Assembly (NCBI GenBank): GCA_963712745.1
Contig: CAVQJC010000002.1
Location: forward strand, 64,001 to 128,000
DNA: 64,000 nt
Origin: an uncultured Chloroflexia bacterium
Lineage (GTDB): Bacteria > Chloroflexota > Limnocylindria > Limnocylindrales > CSP1-4
Reading direction: 5' to 3'
The notes under the pieces are model-generated. The model was not told the origin of the DNA. It saw only the letters and a program-made list of their open reading frames with translations, and made no database searches. This document shows positions 1 to 10,702 of the stretch, piece after piece. A program made the position numbers and the translations under genes. Position 1 is the stretch's first letter; every line of letters starts with the position of its first letter.

Positions 1-1545
1 GAAACCGGTCAGTCTCGCCGCATGTCCGAAGGCATCTTCGAGTAGCGGCACGATGGCCGCCGAGTTCGGCTGCGCCTTGATCCCGGGGAGCGCCTGCCCG
101 GCCGACGACTCCATGGCCACCGCGATGCTCTCCGCGGCCGACGCTGACAACCCCGGCACGTCGGCAAGCTCGTTGCGCACACCGGCGCCCAGGCTCACGA
201 GGAGGATCGTGCCCAGGATGGCGATGCCCAGGGCCGAGCCGACCTGTCGCAACGTGGAGTTGGCACCCGATGCCACGCCCGACTTTTCCACCGGGATATC
301 CGAGAGCGTCACGCTCGTCAGCTGCGCCGTGGCGAGGCCGACGCCGAGGCCGTAGACGAAGAGTGGCAGCACGAGCTGCAGGCCGGTCACCGTCGCGCCG
401 AGCTGGATGGTCACGAGCAGGATGCCCACCGCCTCGAGGGCCATGCCCAGGCTCACCGTGCGCCGCGGACCGTAGCGGTTCGCCAGCTTGGCCGCGATCG
501 GTGCCGCGACGAAGGCTCCGATCGCGAGCGAGAGGAAGATGACGCCAGTGTCGAACGCTGACAACCCGAGCGCTGCCTGGAGGAACAGCGGCAGCACGAA
601 CAGCAACCCGAACTCGCCGAGGGAAACGATCGTGCCCGCCAGGTTCCCGTAGCGGAAGGCCGGGAAGCGCCAGAGCTCGAAATCGAACAGGAAGAACTTG
701 CCGGCGCGGGCACGGTGACGCTCCACCCAGGCGAACAGCCCGAGCGCCAGGATGCCGAAGCCGAGGGCGACGGGGATGATCGAGATCCCTTCGAGAGGCC
801 ACGTCCAGCCAAGGATCTCGAGAGGCTGCTTCGGGCTCCACCAGCCGTAGGTGTTGCCCTCGATGAGGCCGAAGATGAACGCCCCCAGGCCGAACGTGAT
901 GAGCAGGAAGCCGGGCAGGTCGAACCCCGCCTGGGCGTGCTCGTCGCGCGACTCCCTGATGAAGTACAGCGTGCCCACGATGGCCACGATGCCCACGGGG
1001 ATGTTGATGAAGAACGACCAGTGCCAGCTCAAGTTGGTGGTGAACCAGCCGCCGAGCAGCGGGCCCAGGGCGGCCATGCCGCCGATGACCGCGCCCCAGA
1101 TGCCGAAGGCGATGGCTCGATCGTGGCCGCGGAAGTTCGAGTTCAGGATCGACTGCGTGGAGGGCACGATCATGGCGCCGCCGACACCCTGCAGCAGTCG
1201 GGCGCCGATGAGCATCATCCCGCTGTTGGCGAACCCCGCGATGACCGATGCGACCATGAAGACCACCAGGCCCAGCAGGTACATCCTGCGACGACCACGC
1301 TGGTCGCCCAGTCGGCCCAGCGTGATGAGCAGCGCGGCGAACACCAGCGCGTACGTCGTGTTGACCCACTCGGCCTCGGTGCCCTTGATGTCCAGGTCCC
1401 GGATGATCGTGGGCACCGAGACGTTCACGATGGTGGCGTCCACGATGATCATGGCGACGCCGAGGCTAAGCATCGCCAGTCCCAGCCAGCGCCCTCGCCC
1501 CGTCTCGTCCATGGAGGCTGCGGTCTGCACGTGGTCACCCGTCAT
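1..1545 (-). CDS. MFS efflux transporter, DHA2 (EmrB/QacA) family; 3' end runs off the window
   Basis: Manual translation from ATG 1545: MTGDHVQTAASMDETGRGRWLGLAMLSLGVAMIIVDATIVNVSVPTI, then LGRLGDQRGRRR (MFS motif A) and many hydrophobic segments. AGGAG lies upstream. Absent from the ORF track because no stop codon falls in the window. Confidence 0.9.
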   Translation of the reverse strand, partial: MTGDHVQTAASMDETGRGRWLGLAMLSLGVAMIIVDATIVNVSVPTIIRDLDIKGTEAEWVNTTYALVFAALLITLGRLGDQRGRRRMYLLGLVVFMVASVIAGFANSGMMLIGARLLQGVGGAMIVPSTQSILNSNFRGHDRAIAFGIWGAVIGGMAALGPLLGGWFTTNLSWHWSFFINIPVGIVAIVGTLYFIRESRDEHAQAGFDLPGFLLITFGLGAFIFGLIEGNTYGWWSPKQPLEILGWTWPLEGISIIPVALGFGILALGLFAWVERHRARAGKFFLFDFELWRFPAFRYGNLAGTIVSLGEFGLLFVLPLFLQAALGLSAFDTGVIFLSLAIGAFVAAPIAAKLANRYGPRRTVSLGMALEAVGILLVTIQLGATVTGLQLVLPLFVYGLGVGLATAQLTSVTLSDIPVEKSGVASGANSTLRQVGSALGIAILGTILLVSLGAGVRNELADVPGLSASAAESIAVAMESSAGQALPGIKAQPNSAAIVPLLEDAFGHAARLTGF

Positions 1546-1820
1546 CTGCGGTCATCTCCTTCGGCGATGCTGGGATGAAACGTAGCACTCGATGGGCCGC
1601 GGCCCCGCGCGTGGCTGGGTCCTTGTTGCCATCCGCTGTCGGGCCGCTCCACGCTCGACACGATAGGCAGTGCCCCGCCGAGTGGGCGGGGCACTGCTTG
1701 TGCGCAAGGGGCATCCGAAGGGTCGAGTGCCACACGTACTGTGATTTCGATCGACCCGACCGGAGGTAGGTCTGGGCGCCCTCCTGCCGGCTCGCGGGGT
1801 ACAAACGGGGCTGCAAGGCC

Positions 1821-1855
1821 AAAGAGAACGACCCTCCACGCTCCGCGGAGGGTCG
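1821..1855 (-). terminator. Probable intrinsic terminator of the tRNA pair
   Basis: Stem CGACCCTCC/GGAGGGTCG followed on the minus strand by TTCTCTTT, about 20 bp downstream of tRNA-Arg. Confidence 0.65.
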
Positions 1856-1873
1856 ATATCACACTCAGATGCG

Positions 1874-1949
1874 TGGCGCGCCCGGCGAGACTCGAACTCA
1901 CGACCTTCTGGTCCGCAACCAGATGCTCTATCCACTGAGCTACGGGCGC
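1874..1949 (-). tRNA. tRNA-Arg (anticodon GCG)
   Basis: Reverse complement GCGCCCGTAGCTCAGTGGATAGAGCATCTGG-TTGCGGA-CCAGAAGGTCGTGAGTTCGAGTCTCGCCGGGCGCGCCA: 76 nt cloverleaf with encoded CCA. Confidence 0.95.
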
Positions 1950-1956
1950 CCTAGCG

Positions 1957-2048
<92 letters not shown>

Positions 2049-2062
2049 TCTTCAGCCGGCCG

Positions 2063-2071
2063 ATGGTAGCA
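2063..2071 (-). promoter_or_regulatory. Extended -10 element for the tRNA operon
   Basis: TGCTACCAT (TGn-TAnnnT) about 14 bp upstream of tRNA-Ser. A similar TGCTATCCT precedes tRNA-Ser(TGA) at 46371-46379. Confidence 0.5.
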
Positions 2072-2235
2072 CGCAGCCGAGGAAGGGCGAGTATCATCGG
2101 TCTCCCACCACCACCCAAGACGTGTCGGGCTGTGTCCGGCGCGTCTATTTGATAACAGTGGGCGATCGGGGGAGCCTGCCCCGCCTGCTCACGCCGCGGG
2201 CGCCCGACCGCTCGCGACCCCGGGAGATGTCGATC

Positions 2236-3186
2236 ATGACGAAACGCGTCGTACTTCTCGGCCAGCCGGTCACCCACTCGCTGTCCGAAGCACTGCAGGA
2301 GGCAGCCTTCGCGGCTGCCGGCATCGATGCGCACTACGAGCCCATCGACACCCCCACCGTCGATCTGGCGGCCGCCGTCGAGGCGCTCCGCGGCGACGAG
2401 TACCTGGGCGCCAACATCGGCCACCCGCACAAGGACCGCGTGGCCTCGATGCTCGACCGGCTGACCGAGGAGGCCCAGGTCACCGGCGCGGTCGACACCA
2501 TCACCTGCGACGGCGACCAGCTGGTCGGTCACAACATCGACGTCATCGCCTTCAAGCCCGCGCTCGAGGAGCTGGTGGGCAACCAGAAGATGCCGCGCAA
2601 CGCGGTCGTGGTCGGGGCGGGTGGTGGTGGCCGCGCGGCCATCTACGCGCTCATCCAGGCCGGCTTCCAGAACGTGGCCCTCTTCAATCGCCACCTCCAC
2701 CGCGGCGAGCGCCTGGTCAAGCACTTCGCTCGCAGCGCCGCGCACATGGAGCTCAAGGCCCGGCCCTGGCACGAGTCGGTCATCGAGGCCGAGCTGGCCA
2801 AGACAGACATCCTCATCAACGCCAGCGCCATGGGCAGCGACCCCGACGAGACGCCCATCCCGGCCGAGCTGCTGCCGCCAGACATCCTCGTTCTCGACCT
2901 GCACGTGGTGCCCGAGGAGACCCGGCTGCTGCGCGAGGCCAAGGCCGCCGGAGCGACCAAGGTCATGAACGGCGACGTGATGCTCATCGACCAGACCGCC
3001 GCCGCATTCACGCTGTGGACGGGCGAGCAGGCTCCGCTGGATGTCATCAAGAAGCAGCTCAAGGCATCGCGCAACAAGCCCGACGTCCCGGTGCCGCCTG
3101 CCGAGGAGCGGGCCAACGGCGAGCCGGCCGCCGAGGAACCGGCCACCGAGGCAGGCGCCACCCACGAGGCAGGCGCGGCGGAGTGA
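2236..3186 (+). CDS. aroE: Shikimate dehydrogenase family protein
   Basis: LGQPVTHSLS, GANIGHPHK, GAVDT, GHNID, GAGGGGRA, NR and LINAS motifs. GGAG lies 9 nt before ATG 2236. Confidence 0.85.
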   Translation: MTKRVVLLGQPVTHSLSEALQEAAFAAAGIDAHYEPIDTPTVDLAAAVEALRGDEYLGANIGHPHKDRVASMLDRLTEEAQVTGAVDTITCDGDQLVGHNIDVIAFKPALEELVGNQKMPRNAVVVGAGGGGRAAIYALIQAGFQNVALFNRHLHRGERLVKHFARSAAHMELKARPWHESVIEAELAKTDILINASAMGSDPDETPIPAELLPPDILVLDLHVVPEETRLLREAKAAGATKVMNGDVMLIDQTAAAFTLWTGEQAPLDVIKKQLKASRNKPDVPVPPAEERANGEPAAEEPATEAGATHEAGAAE

Positions 3187-4211
3187 CCGCCGAGAAGACC
3201 CCCTCCCCCTACGCGACCGAGCGCCGCTTCGCCATCGAGGCAGTCGTGGCCGCCGCGCGCCTGACCAAGGCCGTACGCGACGACTTCGACCCCGGGGCGG
3301 AGGCCGTGTCCAAGGCCGACTCATCACCGGTGACCGTGGCCGACCTGGGCGCGCAGACGCTGGTGAGCATGGCCCTCGCGGAAGGGCTTCCCGACGACGG
3401 GATGCTGGGCGAGGAGGACTTCGGTCCGCTGGCTGATTCGACCGAGCTGGCCGAAGCCGTCCTGGCCCGAGTCCGGGCCCAGCGGCCGGACGTCACGCTC
3501 GACGATGTGCGCGTCGCGCTCGATGCCTGCGACGACCCGGGCGGTCCGGGGCGCCGCTGGTGGACCCTGGACCCGGTCGACGGCACCAAGGGCTTCCTGC
3601 GCAACGAGCAGTACGCGGTCGCGCTGGCGCTCATCGAGGACGGCGAGGTGGTGGTGGCAGCCATGGGTTGCCCCAATCTCCCCTACCGCGGTGAGCCGGG
3701 CGATCTGTCGGTCGAGGGACCGATCGGTGTCCTGTTCGTGGCCGAGCGCGGCCGGGGCACACGCATGATGCCGCTCTTCGAGGCCACGGCCGACCAGGCT
3801 GGCGAACCCGTCCAGGCCGCTGCGCCGGCGACCACGGCGCAGGCGCGCTACGCCGAGTCGGTCGAGGCCGCCCACTCCGACCAGTCGGAAGCCGCACGGA
3901 TCGGCGCCGCCCTCGGCATCACCGCCGAACCCGTCCGCCTTGACTCGCAGACGAAGTATGCGATGGTGGCGCGCGGAGATGCCTCCATCTATCTGCGGGT
4001 CCCACGAGGCGACTACCGCGAGAACATCTGGGATCACGCCGCGGGCATGCTCATCGTGAGCGAGGCAGGCGGACGCGTGTCCGACGTGGAGGGCAAGCCC
4101 TTCGACCTCACCGCCGGCCAGCGCATGACCCGGAACCGTGGGGCGGTCGTCACCGCCGCGGGCATCCACGACGAGGTGGTGGTGGCCGTGCGGTCGGTGC
4201 TGGAGGGGTAA
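3183..4211 (+). CDS. 3'(2'),5'-bisphosphate nucleotidase, HAL2/inositol monophosphatase family
   Basis: KADSSPVTVAD, GEED, WTLDPVDGTKGFLR, DSQTKY and IWDHAAG motifs. GTG overlaps the aroE stop. Confidence 0.9.
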   Translation: MTAEKTPSPYATERRFAIEAVVAAARLTKAVRDDFDPGAEAVSKADSSPVTVADLGAQTLVSMALAEGLPDDGMLGEEDFGPLADSTELAEAVLARVRAQRPDVTLDDVRVALDACDDPGGPGRRWWTLDPVDGTKGFLRNEQYAVALALIEDGEVVVAAMGCPNLPYRGEPGDLSVEGPIGVLFVAERGRGTRMMPLFEATADQAGEPVQAAAPATTAQARYAESVEAAHSDQSEAARIGAALGITAEPVRLDSQTKYAMVARGDASIYLRVPRGDYRENIWDHAAGMLIVSEAGGRVSDVEGKPFDLTAGQRMTRNRGAVVTAAGIHDEVVVAVRSVLEG

Positions 4212-4260
4212 CCGCTCCAGCACGGCGTTCACGCCATACGACGTACCATCGCGGCACGTG

Positions 4261-5859
4261 ATGCATCTGCTGCCGCGAGCGCTCGTCGTCTTCATCCTCG
4301 CCCTCGGCCTGGTGCTGATGGCGCTGCCGGCCACGGCAGACGACCGGCTGGAGCAGCGCGAGGTCTTCGGCTTCCTGCCCTACTGGGAACTGGGTCGTTC
4401 GGACGGGATCGACCTCGACACCCTCACGACCCTGGCCTGGTTCGGCGTGGAGGCAGGCCGGGACGGCCGACTCGTGCGCGAGACTCCCGAGGGAGAGCTG
4501 ACGCCCGGCTGGGCGGGCTGGACGAGCGAGGAGTTCGCCGCGCTCCGTGAGCGAGCACAGGCTGCCGGCGTGCGGGTGGTGCTGACGATCGAGCAATTCT
4601 CGTGGTCGGAGGCCGGCAGGCGAGAGACGAAGAAGCTCCTCTCCGACCCGGCGGCGAGGGCGATGCTGGCCCGCGAGATCACCGACTCTGTCACCGCCGC
4701 CGGGGCCGACGGCGTGAACCTTGACTTCGAGCCGCTCCCCAGGAGCAGCCGCGGGGACTTCGTGCAACTCGTGCGCAAGGTGCGTCGTGTGCTCGATACG
4801 GCTGATCCATCCCTGCAGCTGACGTTCGACCTGACTCCGGATGTCACGTCGTTCCCCTTGAAGCGGCTGGTGGCGGAAGGGGCGGCCGACGCCGCGGTGC
4901 TCATGGGTTACGAGTACCGCACGCCCGGCAGCAAGGTCGCGGGCTCGGTCGCTCCGCTGCGAGATCCAGACGGACTCGATGTCAGGGATTCGGTAGAGCG
5001 AGCCGTATCGCGAGCGCCCGCCGAGCGTGTGATCCTGGCCATGCCCTGGTACGGCCGGGCATGGTCGACGAGGACGGCCGAGGTCGGGGCTCGAACCCGG
5101 CGGAGCGACCGGTTCCTCGCATCGTCCACGGCCTTCTACCGTGTCTCGGTGCCGCGCGCCGCCTCGGCGGGCCGGCTCTACGACGCCAAGCAGGCATCCG
5201 CCTGGAGCGTCTACGGGTCGCAAGCCTGCGAGACCTGCCCACTGAGCCCGAGACAGCTCTGGTACGACGACGTCGACAGCGTACGGGCGAAGGTCGGCCT
5301 GGCCCGCCGCAAGGGCCTGCGCGGGGTGGGCATCTGGGCACTCGGCTACGAGGGCGAGCGGACCGAGCTCTGGTCGGCGCTGCGCTACGCCATGGACCGT
5401 CCGCAGGACGAGATCGCGCCCGTGGGCACCGCGCGCATCAGCGGCGAAAGCGTGCTCGGCCAGCGTGACGAGCTTCCGGTCGTCGGCGAGACGGTGACGC
5501 TGGAACTCTCGGCGATGGACGGGATCGGTGGCAGCGGTGTCGCGTTCGTACGCGTCGCTCGACGTGGCCAAGTCGGGGAAGACGGCGAGCTCAAGCGTGG
5601 CACGACGTACCCGGCGGTCGAGTCGGTGAGCGTTACCATGCCGGACGTCGACCCGGCAGACGAGGTCTTTGCCCCCGACGTGGTGAGCCCGTCACCCGAG
5701 CCGGCTTCCGACGAGGTCCTGGCGGAACCCGGGGTGGTCGCCATCCGGGTCCAGTGGCGAGACATCGCCGGCAACTGGTCCGCGCCCGTGACGTTGCGCG
5801 CGTACTTCGACCCCGGGGCCGGAGCGGCCTCAGTGGCGGACGGTGGCCTCTCGCAGTGA
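4261..5859 (+). CDS. Secreted glycoside hydrolase family 18 protein with C-terminal beta-rich domain
   Basis: Signal peptide; catalytic DGVNLDFE; MGYEY; LWYDD; GVGIWALG. Confidence 0.85.
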   Translation: MHLLPRALVVFILALGLVLMALPATADDRLEQREVFGFLPYWELGRSDGIDLDTLTTLAWFGVEAGRDGRLVRETPEGELTPGWAGWTSEEFAALRERAQAAGVRVVLTIEQFSWSEAGRRETKKLLSDPAARAMLAREITDSVTAAGADGVNLDFEPLPRSSRGDFVQLVRKVRRVLDTADPSLQLTFDLTPDVTSFPLKRLVAEGAADAAVLMGYEYRTPGSKVAGSVAPLRDPDGLDVRDSVERAVSRAPAERVILAMPWYGRAWSTRTAEVGARTRRSDRFLASSTAFYRVSVPRAASAGRLYDAKQASAWSVYGSQACETCPLSPRQLWYDDVDSVRAKVGLARRKGLRGVGIWALGYEGERTELWSALRYAMDRPQDEIAPVGTARISGESVLGQRDELPVVGETVTLELSAMDGIGGSGVAFVRVARRGQVGEDGELKRGTTYPAVESVSVTMPDVDPADEVFAPDVVSPSPEPASDEVLAEPGVVAIRVQWRDIAGNWSAPVTLRAYFDPGAGAASVADGGLSQ

Positions 5860-6648
5860 CCGCACCAGCGCCGCCATCGTCTCGATGTCCCGGCCGTCGG
5901 GCCCAAGCGCGTCGACCAGAGCGGAAGCGGTGATGATGCCGTCGGCCACCGGTGCGAGCTGGCGGGCGTGGGCAGGCTTGGACACGCCGAAGCCGACGGC
6001 CACCGGAACCGGGCTGACCTCGCGCACGGACCGCAGGAAGCGCTTCACGCCAGGCGGCAGCGAGGTGCGCGCGCCGGTCACGCCGGCCAGCGACACCGCG
6101 TAGAGGAAGCCCTGCGACCGACTCGCCACGAACGGCCGGCGCTCGACCGGAGTCGTCGGCGCCACCAGGTAGACGATGCCGATGCCGAACCCGGCGGCCT
6201 CGGCCTCCAGCCCGGCACCTTCGTCGGGCGTGAGGTCGGCCAGGATGAAGCCGGACACGCCGGCCTCGCCCAGCCGTCGCAGCACGGTCGCGCCGTCCTT
6301 CCCGCCGAGCACCTGGTTGACGTAGCCCATGGCCACCAGCGGGGTCTTCGGCCGGGCCTCGTGGATGCGCCCGACCAGCGCGATCGAGTCGTCGAGCGTA
6401 GCCCCGTTGGCCAGCGCTACGGTCGACGCGCGCTGCAGCGTCGCCCCATCGGCCAGGGGGTCGGAATAGGGCAGCCCGATCTCGAGCAGGTCGGCGCCTG
6501 CGTCGATCTGGGCCACGGCGATCTGGAACGAGGTATCGGCATCGGGGTAGCCGGCCACCGTGTACGGGATGAGCGCGGCGCGCCCCTCGTCGTTCGCCGC
6601 CCGGATGGCCTTGGTGATGCGGCTGGCACCCCTTGCCTTCTTGCTCAC
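5830..6648 (-). CDS. trpA: Tryptophan synthase alpha subunit
   Basis: [24 protein letters not shown] and VGFGVS motifs. GTG start overlaps the upstream TGA. Confidence 0.95.
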   Translation of the reverse strand: MSKKARGASRITKAIRAANDEGRAALIPYTVAGYPDADTSFQIAVAQIDAGADLLEIGLPYSDPLADGATLQRASTVALANGATLDDSIALVGRIHEARPKTPLVAMGYVNQVLGGKDGATVLRRLGEAGVSGFILADLTPDEGAGLEAEAAGFGIGIVYLVAPTTPVERRPFVASRSQGFLYAVSLAGVTGARTSLPPGVKRFLRSVREVSPVPVAVGFGVSKPAHARQLAPVADGIITASALVDALGPDGRDIETMAALVRSLREATVRH

Positions 6649-9467
6649 GCCGCTCCCCCGTCCATGCCGGCCATCAGCCGGTCCTCGATGGCCGCGATGT
6701 CCTTGTCGCCGCGACCCGACAGCCCGAGCAGGACGATGTCGTCGGCCTCGGCCGCCTCCACGCCGTTCCCTTCCAGCAGATCGGTCAGTGCCCAGATCGC
6801 GTGGGCCGGCTCCAGCGCGGGCAGGATGCCCTCGGTCCTGGTCAGCAGGCGCACGCCCTCGAGCGCCTCGTCGTCGGTGGCGGAGAGGATCTCCAGCCGC
6901 CCGGCCTCGAAGAGCGCCGAGAGCTGCGGGCCGATGCCCGGATAGTCCAGCCCTGCCGAGATGGAGAAGGCCTCGGTGATCTGGCCGTCGTCGTCCTGCA
7001 GCAGGTACGAGCGCGAGCCGTGGAGCACGCCGGCATGGCCCGCCGAGAGGGCCGCCGCATGACGACCGTCGAGCCCCTCCCCCGCGGCCTCGACGCCGAC
7101 CAGGCGCGTACCGGTCTCGCCGATGAAACGGGTCATCAGGCCGATCGCGTTCGAGCCGCCGCCGAGACAGGCCATGGCGATGTCCGGCAGGCGTCCCTCG
7201 ACCGCCCGGACCTGCTCGGCCGCCTCGTCGCCGATGACGCGCTGGAGGTCTCGCACGATCGAGGGGAACGGATGCGGACCGACGGCGGAGCCGAGCACGT
7301 AGTGGCTGGTCTCGACGTTGGTGACCCAGTCGCGCATCGTCTCGTTGACCGCGTCCTTGAGCGTGGCCGTGCCGGAGGTGACCTCGCGGACCTCGGTCCC
7401 GAGCGCGCGCATGCGCAGCACGTTCGGCGCCTGGCGGCGGATGTCCTCTGCGCCCATGTACACGACACACTCCAGGTCGAGCAGGGCGCAGGCCGTGGCG
7501 GTGGCCACGCCGTGCTGGCCGGCCCCGGTCTCAGCGATGACGCGGTGCTTGCCCAGGCGCTTGGTCAGCAGCGCCTGGCCCAGTGCGTTGTTGATCTTGT
7601 GGGCGCCGGTGTGGTCGAGGTCCTCGCGCTTGAGGTAGAGGCGCAGCTGCCCCGCTTCGCGACCCGTCCGGCGCTCCATCTCGGCCGCCAGGCGGTCGGC
7701 GCGATAGACGGGCGTGGGCCGGCCGACGAAGGTGGCCAGGAGCTCGCGGAACTCGGCCCAGAACGAGGGGTCGCCGCGCAGGTCGTCGTAGGCCGCCTCG
7801 AGGTCGAGCAGCGCGGCCATGAGCGTCTCGGGCACGAAACGTCCGCCGAACGAACGATCGGTGCCCCAGCGACCCGCTCCGTCAGCGTCCAGCAGTCCGG
7901 GGTCGACCGGGCGCGGCCCGAAGGCCACAGTGGGACGGTCGACGCGAGCGGCGTTGGCGCGCTTGACCAGGAGTGCGACCTTCAGCGGGTCCTTGTATGG
8001 GCGGCCCTGCGGACGCGGCACTGGCTCGACGCCGCTGGAGACGTCGATGCCGATGGCCGGTACATCGAGGAGCGCTTCGGCCACGTTGGCCGCGGTCAGG
8101 CCGCCCGCGAGGATGAGCGGGATCCGGTCGGCGATGGCCCGGGCCGCCTCGACCGACGCGCGGCGACCGGTGCCCCCGAGGGCCGTCGGGTCGCTGGTGT
8201 CGAGCAGGATCGCCTGCAGGTTGGACTTGGCCTCGTAGGCCTCGGCCGTGGCGACGAGATCACCCGCGGAGGCCTCGGCATCGTCGGCAGCGGGGATGTG
8301 CAGCACCTTCAGCACCGGCAGCGGGATGGCGTCGAGGTCGCTCGGGGGCTCGGAACCGTGGAGCTGTACGGCGTCGAGATCAAGGCGGGCAGCGATGGCT
8401 GCCACCTCGGCCGGATCGCGGTCAGCGAAGACACCTACCAGTAGCGGGCCGTTGCCGGGGGCGTCGGCGGCGCGGGCAGAGGCGACGAGTGCCGCGGCCT
8501 CCCCTTCCTCGAGCGCACGGGGCGTGCCCGGCACGAAGTTGAGGCCGATGGCATCGGCACCGGCGGCGATGGCGGCATCCAGTCCGGCCGGCTCAGTGAT
8601 GCCGCAGATCTTGACGAACGGCGCGCGGCCATCGACCGCGGGGTCGACGCCGGGCCCGGGCAGGGCACCGGCACCTACGAGCGTGGCCACGCGGGCCTCG
8701 ACGGCGCCGGGGTCGGTCCCAGCGCGCATGAGGTCCTCGCCGACCAGCGCCCCGTCGAAGCCGAATGCCCGCCAGCGACGGACGGTGGCAGCGTCGTGGA
8801 CGCCGGATTCGGCGATGACGACGCGGTCGTCGGGCACCTCGGCCCGCAGTCGCTCGCACAGCGAGGTATCCACCGCCAGCGACTTCAGGTCGCGGTTGTT
8901 GATGCCGACGAGGCGCGCGTCGGTGGCCACAGCTGAAGCCAGTTCCTTGGAGGAGTGCGCTTCGACCAGCGGCTCCAGGCCGACGTCAAGGGCGACGCTC
9001 ACCAGTCGGGCAAGACGTTTGGGCGGATGGAGCGCGGCCAGCAGGAGCACCGCGTCCGCACCCGCGGCACGCAGTAGCGGCAGCTGGCGCGGGTCGACCA
9101 CGAACTCCTTGGCCAGCACCGGCAGGGTCGTGGCCGCGCGCGCGGTGCGCAGGTCGTCGAGCGAACCGCTGAACCAGTGCGGCTCCACCAGCACCGAGAT
9201 CATCGAGGCGCCGCCGGCCTGGTAGGCACGAGCGCGCTCGGCCACGTCCAGCGCGCCGTCGACCATGGAACCCGCCGAGGGGGACGACCGCTTGATCTCG
9301 GCGATGAGGTGCAGCCCGGGTCGGGCAAGTCGGCCGTTCACGTCCCGTCGCATGGGCCCTTCTGGCGCTTCGCGGATGACCGTCTTGAGGTCGCGGTCGC
9401 CCAGCTCGGCGGCGACGTCGGCCGCGCGCCGTTGGGCGATCTGGTGGAGGACGGAAGAAGCAACCAT
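6645..9467 (-). CDS. trpCFB: Fused indole-3-glycerol-phosphate synthase / phosphoribosylanthranilate isomerase / tryptophan synthase beta (TrpC-TrpF-TrpB)
   Basis: One ORF carrying [12 protein letters not shown] and GINNRDL (TrpC), VKICGIT, VQLHGSE and ILAGGL (TrpF), and [31 protein letters not shown] and SGRGDKD (TrpB). Confidence 0.92.
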   Translation of the reverse strand: MVASSVLHQIAQRRAADVAAELGDRDLKTVIREAPEGPMRRDVNGRLARPGLHLIAEIKRSSPSAGSMVDGALDVAERARAYQAGGASMISVLVEPHWFSGSLDDLRTARAATTLPVLAKEFVVDPRQLPLLRAAGADAVLLLAALHPPKRLARLVSVALDVGLEPLVEAHSSKELASAVATDARLVGINNRDLKSLAVDTSLCERLRAEVPDDRVVIAESGVHDAATVRRWRAFGFDGALVGEDLMRAGTDPGAVEARVATLVGAGALPGPGVDPAVDGRAPFVKICGITEPAGLDAAIAAGADAIGLNFVPGTPRALEEGEAAALVASARAADAPGNGPLLVGVFADRDPAEVAAIAARLDLDAVQLHGSEPPSDLDAIPLPVLKVLHIPAADDAEASAGDLVATAEAYEAKSNLQAILLDTSDPTALGGTGRRASVEAARAIADRIPLILAGGLTAANVAEALLDVPAIGIDVSSGVEPVPRPQGRPYKDPLKVALLVKRANAARVDRPTVAFGPRPVDPGLLDADGAGRWGTDRSFGGRFVPETLMAALLDLEAAYDDLRGDPSFWAEFRELLATFVGRPTPVYRADRLAAEMERRTGREAGQLRLYLKREDLDHTGAHKINNALGQALLTKRLGKHRVIAETGAGQHGVATATACALLDLECVVYMGAEDIRRQAPNVLRMRALGTEVREVTSGTATLKDAVNETMRDWVTNVETSHYVLGSAVGPHPFPSIVRDLQRVIGDEAAEQVRAVEGRLPDIAMACLGGGSNAIGLMTRFIGETGTRLVGVEAAGEGLDGRHAAALSAGHAGVLHGSRSYLLQDDDGQITEAFSISAGLDYPGIGPQLSALFEAGRLEILSATDDEALEGVRLLTRTEGILPALEPAHAIWALTDLLEGNGVEAAEADDIVLLGLSGRGDKDIAAIEDRLMAGMDGGAA

Positions 9468-10621
9468 CAATCGGCCGTCCGGGCGGCGTCGGCAGTCCCG
9501 GCAGCGTCTCTCATGCCGGCTGCTTGGGCAGCCCCGGTGGCCTGGTCCGTCCCGGCAGCTTCGGCAGCCCCGGTGGCATGGTCCGTCCCGGCAGCTTCAG
9601 CCGCGCTCGTCCGCAGTCGCTCGAGTTGCTCACGCGCGGCTCCCGACGCGATGGTCGCCGCGGCCAGTTCGACGCCGGCCCGAAGGTCGTCGGCACGACC
9701 GGCCACCACCAGCGCCGCGCCGGCGTTGAGTGCCACCACGTCGTGCGCGGCGCCGGTCGGCTGGCCCTCGAGGATGGCCACGATGAGCGCCGCGTTGGCC
9801 TCGCCGTCCCCGCCCCGCAGCTCGTCCGTCTCGACCTCGGCCAGACCGTGGTCGGCCGTGCTCACGGTGCGCCGCTCCACGCCCGCCGGCGAGACGTCGA
9901 AGATGACACCGGAGCCGTCGAGCGGCAACTCGTCGAGGCGGTCGCCGTGGACCACGAACGCCCGCTCCGATCCGAGCTCGTGGAGAGCTGCCGCGACCGA
10001 CTCGGCGGCCGCTTCATCGGGCACACCCACGAGCTGTCGGCGTGGCCGGGCCGGGTTGGCCAGCGGGCCGATCATGTTGAACGCCGTGCGCACGCCGAGC
10101 TCCATGCGCACCGGGCCCGCGTGGCGCATGCCCGGATGGAAAGACGGCGCGTGCAGATAGGCGAAGCTGTCCTTGCGCAAAGACGCCTCGGCCTGCTCGG
10201 CCGACTGCTCGACGCGCAGCCCCAGCGACCGCATCACGTCCGACGAGCCGGCCTGCGACGAGACGGCGCGATTGCCGGCCTTGGCCACCGGCACACCGGC
10301 CGCTGCCACCACCAGCGCAGCGGCCGTGGAGATGTTGAACGTGCCCCGCACATCGCCACCGGTGCCGCAGGTGTCGATGGTGCCGTCGGGTGCCTCCACC
10401 GCGTGAGCCCGCGATCGCATCGCACGCACGAACCCGGCCAGTTCGCCGGGCGTCTCGCCCCGGGCGTGCATGCCCACGAGCATGCCGCCGAGCTGGGCGG
10501 ACGTAACCTCGCCGTCGAGCACGGCCGCCATGAACGCCTCGGCCGCCTCTGGCGATAGTGGCTGGCCGGTCGAGACCGTCCGAAGCGCGTCGCGGATGGC
10601 CTCGGGAACAGGTTCGGGCAC
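9467..10621 (-). CDS. trpD: Anthranilate phosphoribosyltransferase
   Basis: [27 protein letters not shown] and [13 protein letters not shown] motifs. GTG 10621 follows GAGGAGG. Confidence 0.93.
   Translation of the reverse strand: MPEPVPEAIRDALRTVSTGQPLSPEAAEAFMAAVLDGEVTSAQLGGMLVGMHARGETPGELAGFVRAMRSRAHAVEAPDGTIDTCGTGGDVRGTFNISTAAALVVAAAGVPVAKAGNRAVSSQAGSSDVMRSLGLRVEQSAEQAEASLRKDSFAYLHAPSFHPGMRHAGPVRMELGVRTAFNMIGPLANPARPRRQLVGVPDEAAAESVAAALHELGSERAFVVHGDRLDELPLDGSGVIFDVSPAGVERRTVSTADHGLAEVETDELRGGDGEANAALIVAILEGQPTGAAHDVVALNAGAALVVAGRADDLRAGVELAAATIASGAAREQLERLRTSAAEAAGTDHATGAAEAAGTDQATGAAQAAGMRDAAGTADAARTAD
9519..9602. repeat. 36-bp in-frame tandem repeat in the trpD C-terminal tail ([12 protein letters not shown])
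   Basis: GGCAGCCCCGGTGGCCTGGTCCGTCCCGGCAGCTTC occurs about twice. Confidence 0.8.
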
Positions 10622-10702
10622 GGGGTCAGGGCCTCCTCGGGTCGTGGGCTGTCGAGTGCGGTCCGCAGATGCTACCCGAGAGGCGCCTGCTATCGTGCTG
10701 CG

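Noticed and set aside
1583-1732. CIRCE element (TAGCACTC...GAGTGC)
   Set aside because: Half-sites are about 130 bp apart rather than 9 bp, and no chaperone gene follows.
5830-5859. 30-bp convergent overlap of GH18 and trpA
   Set aside because: Short 3' overlaps are common in high-GC genomes.
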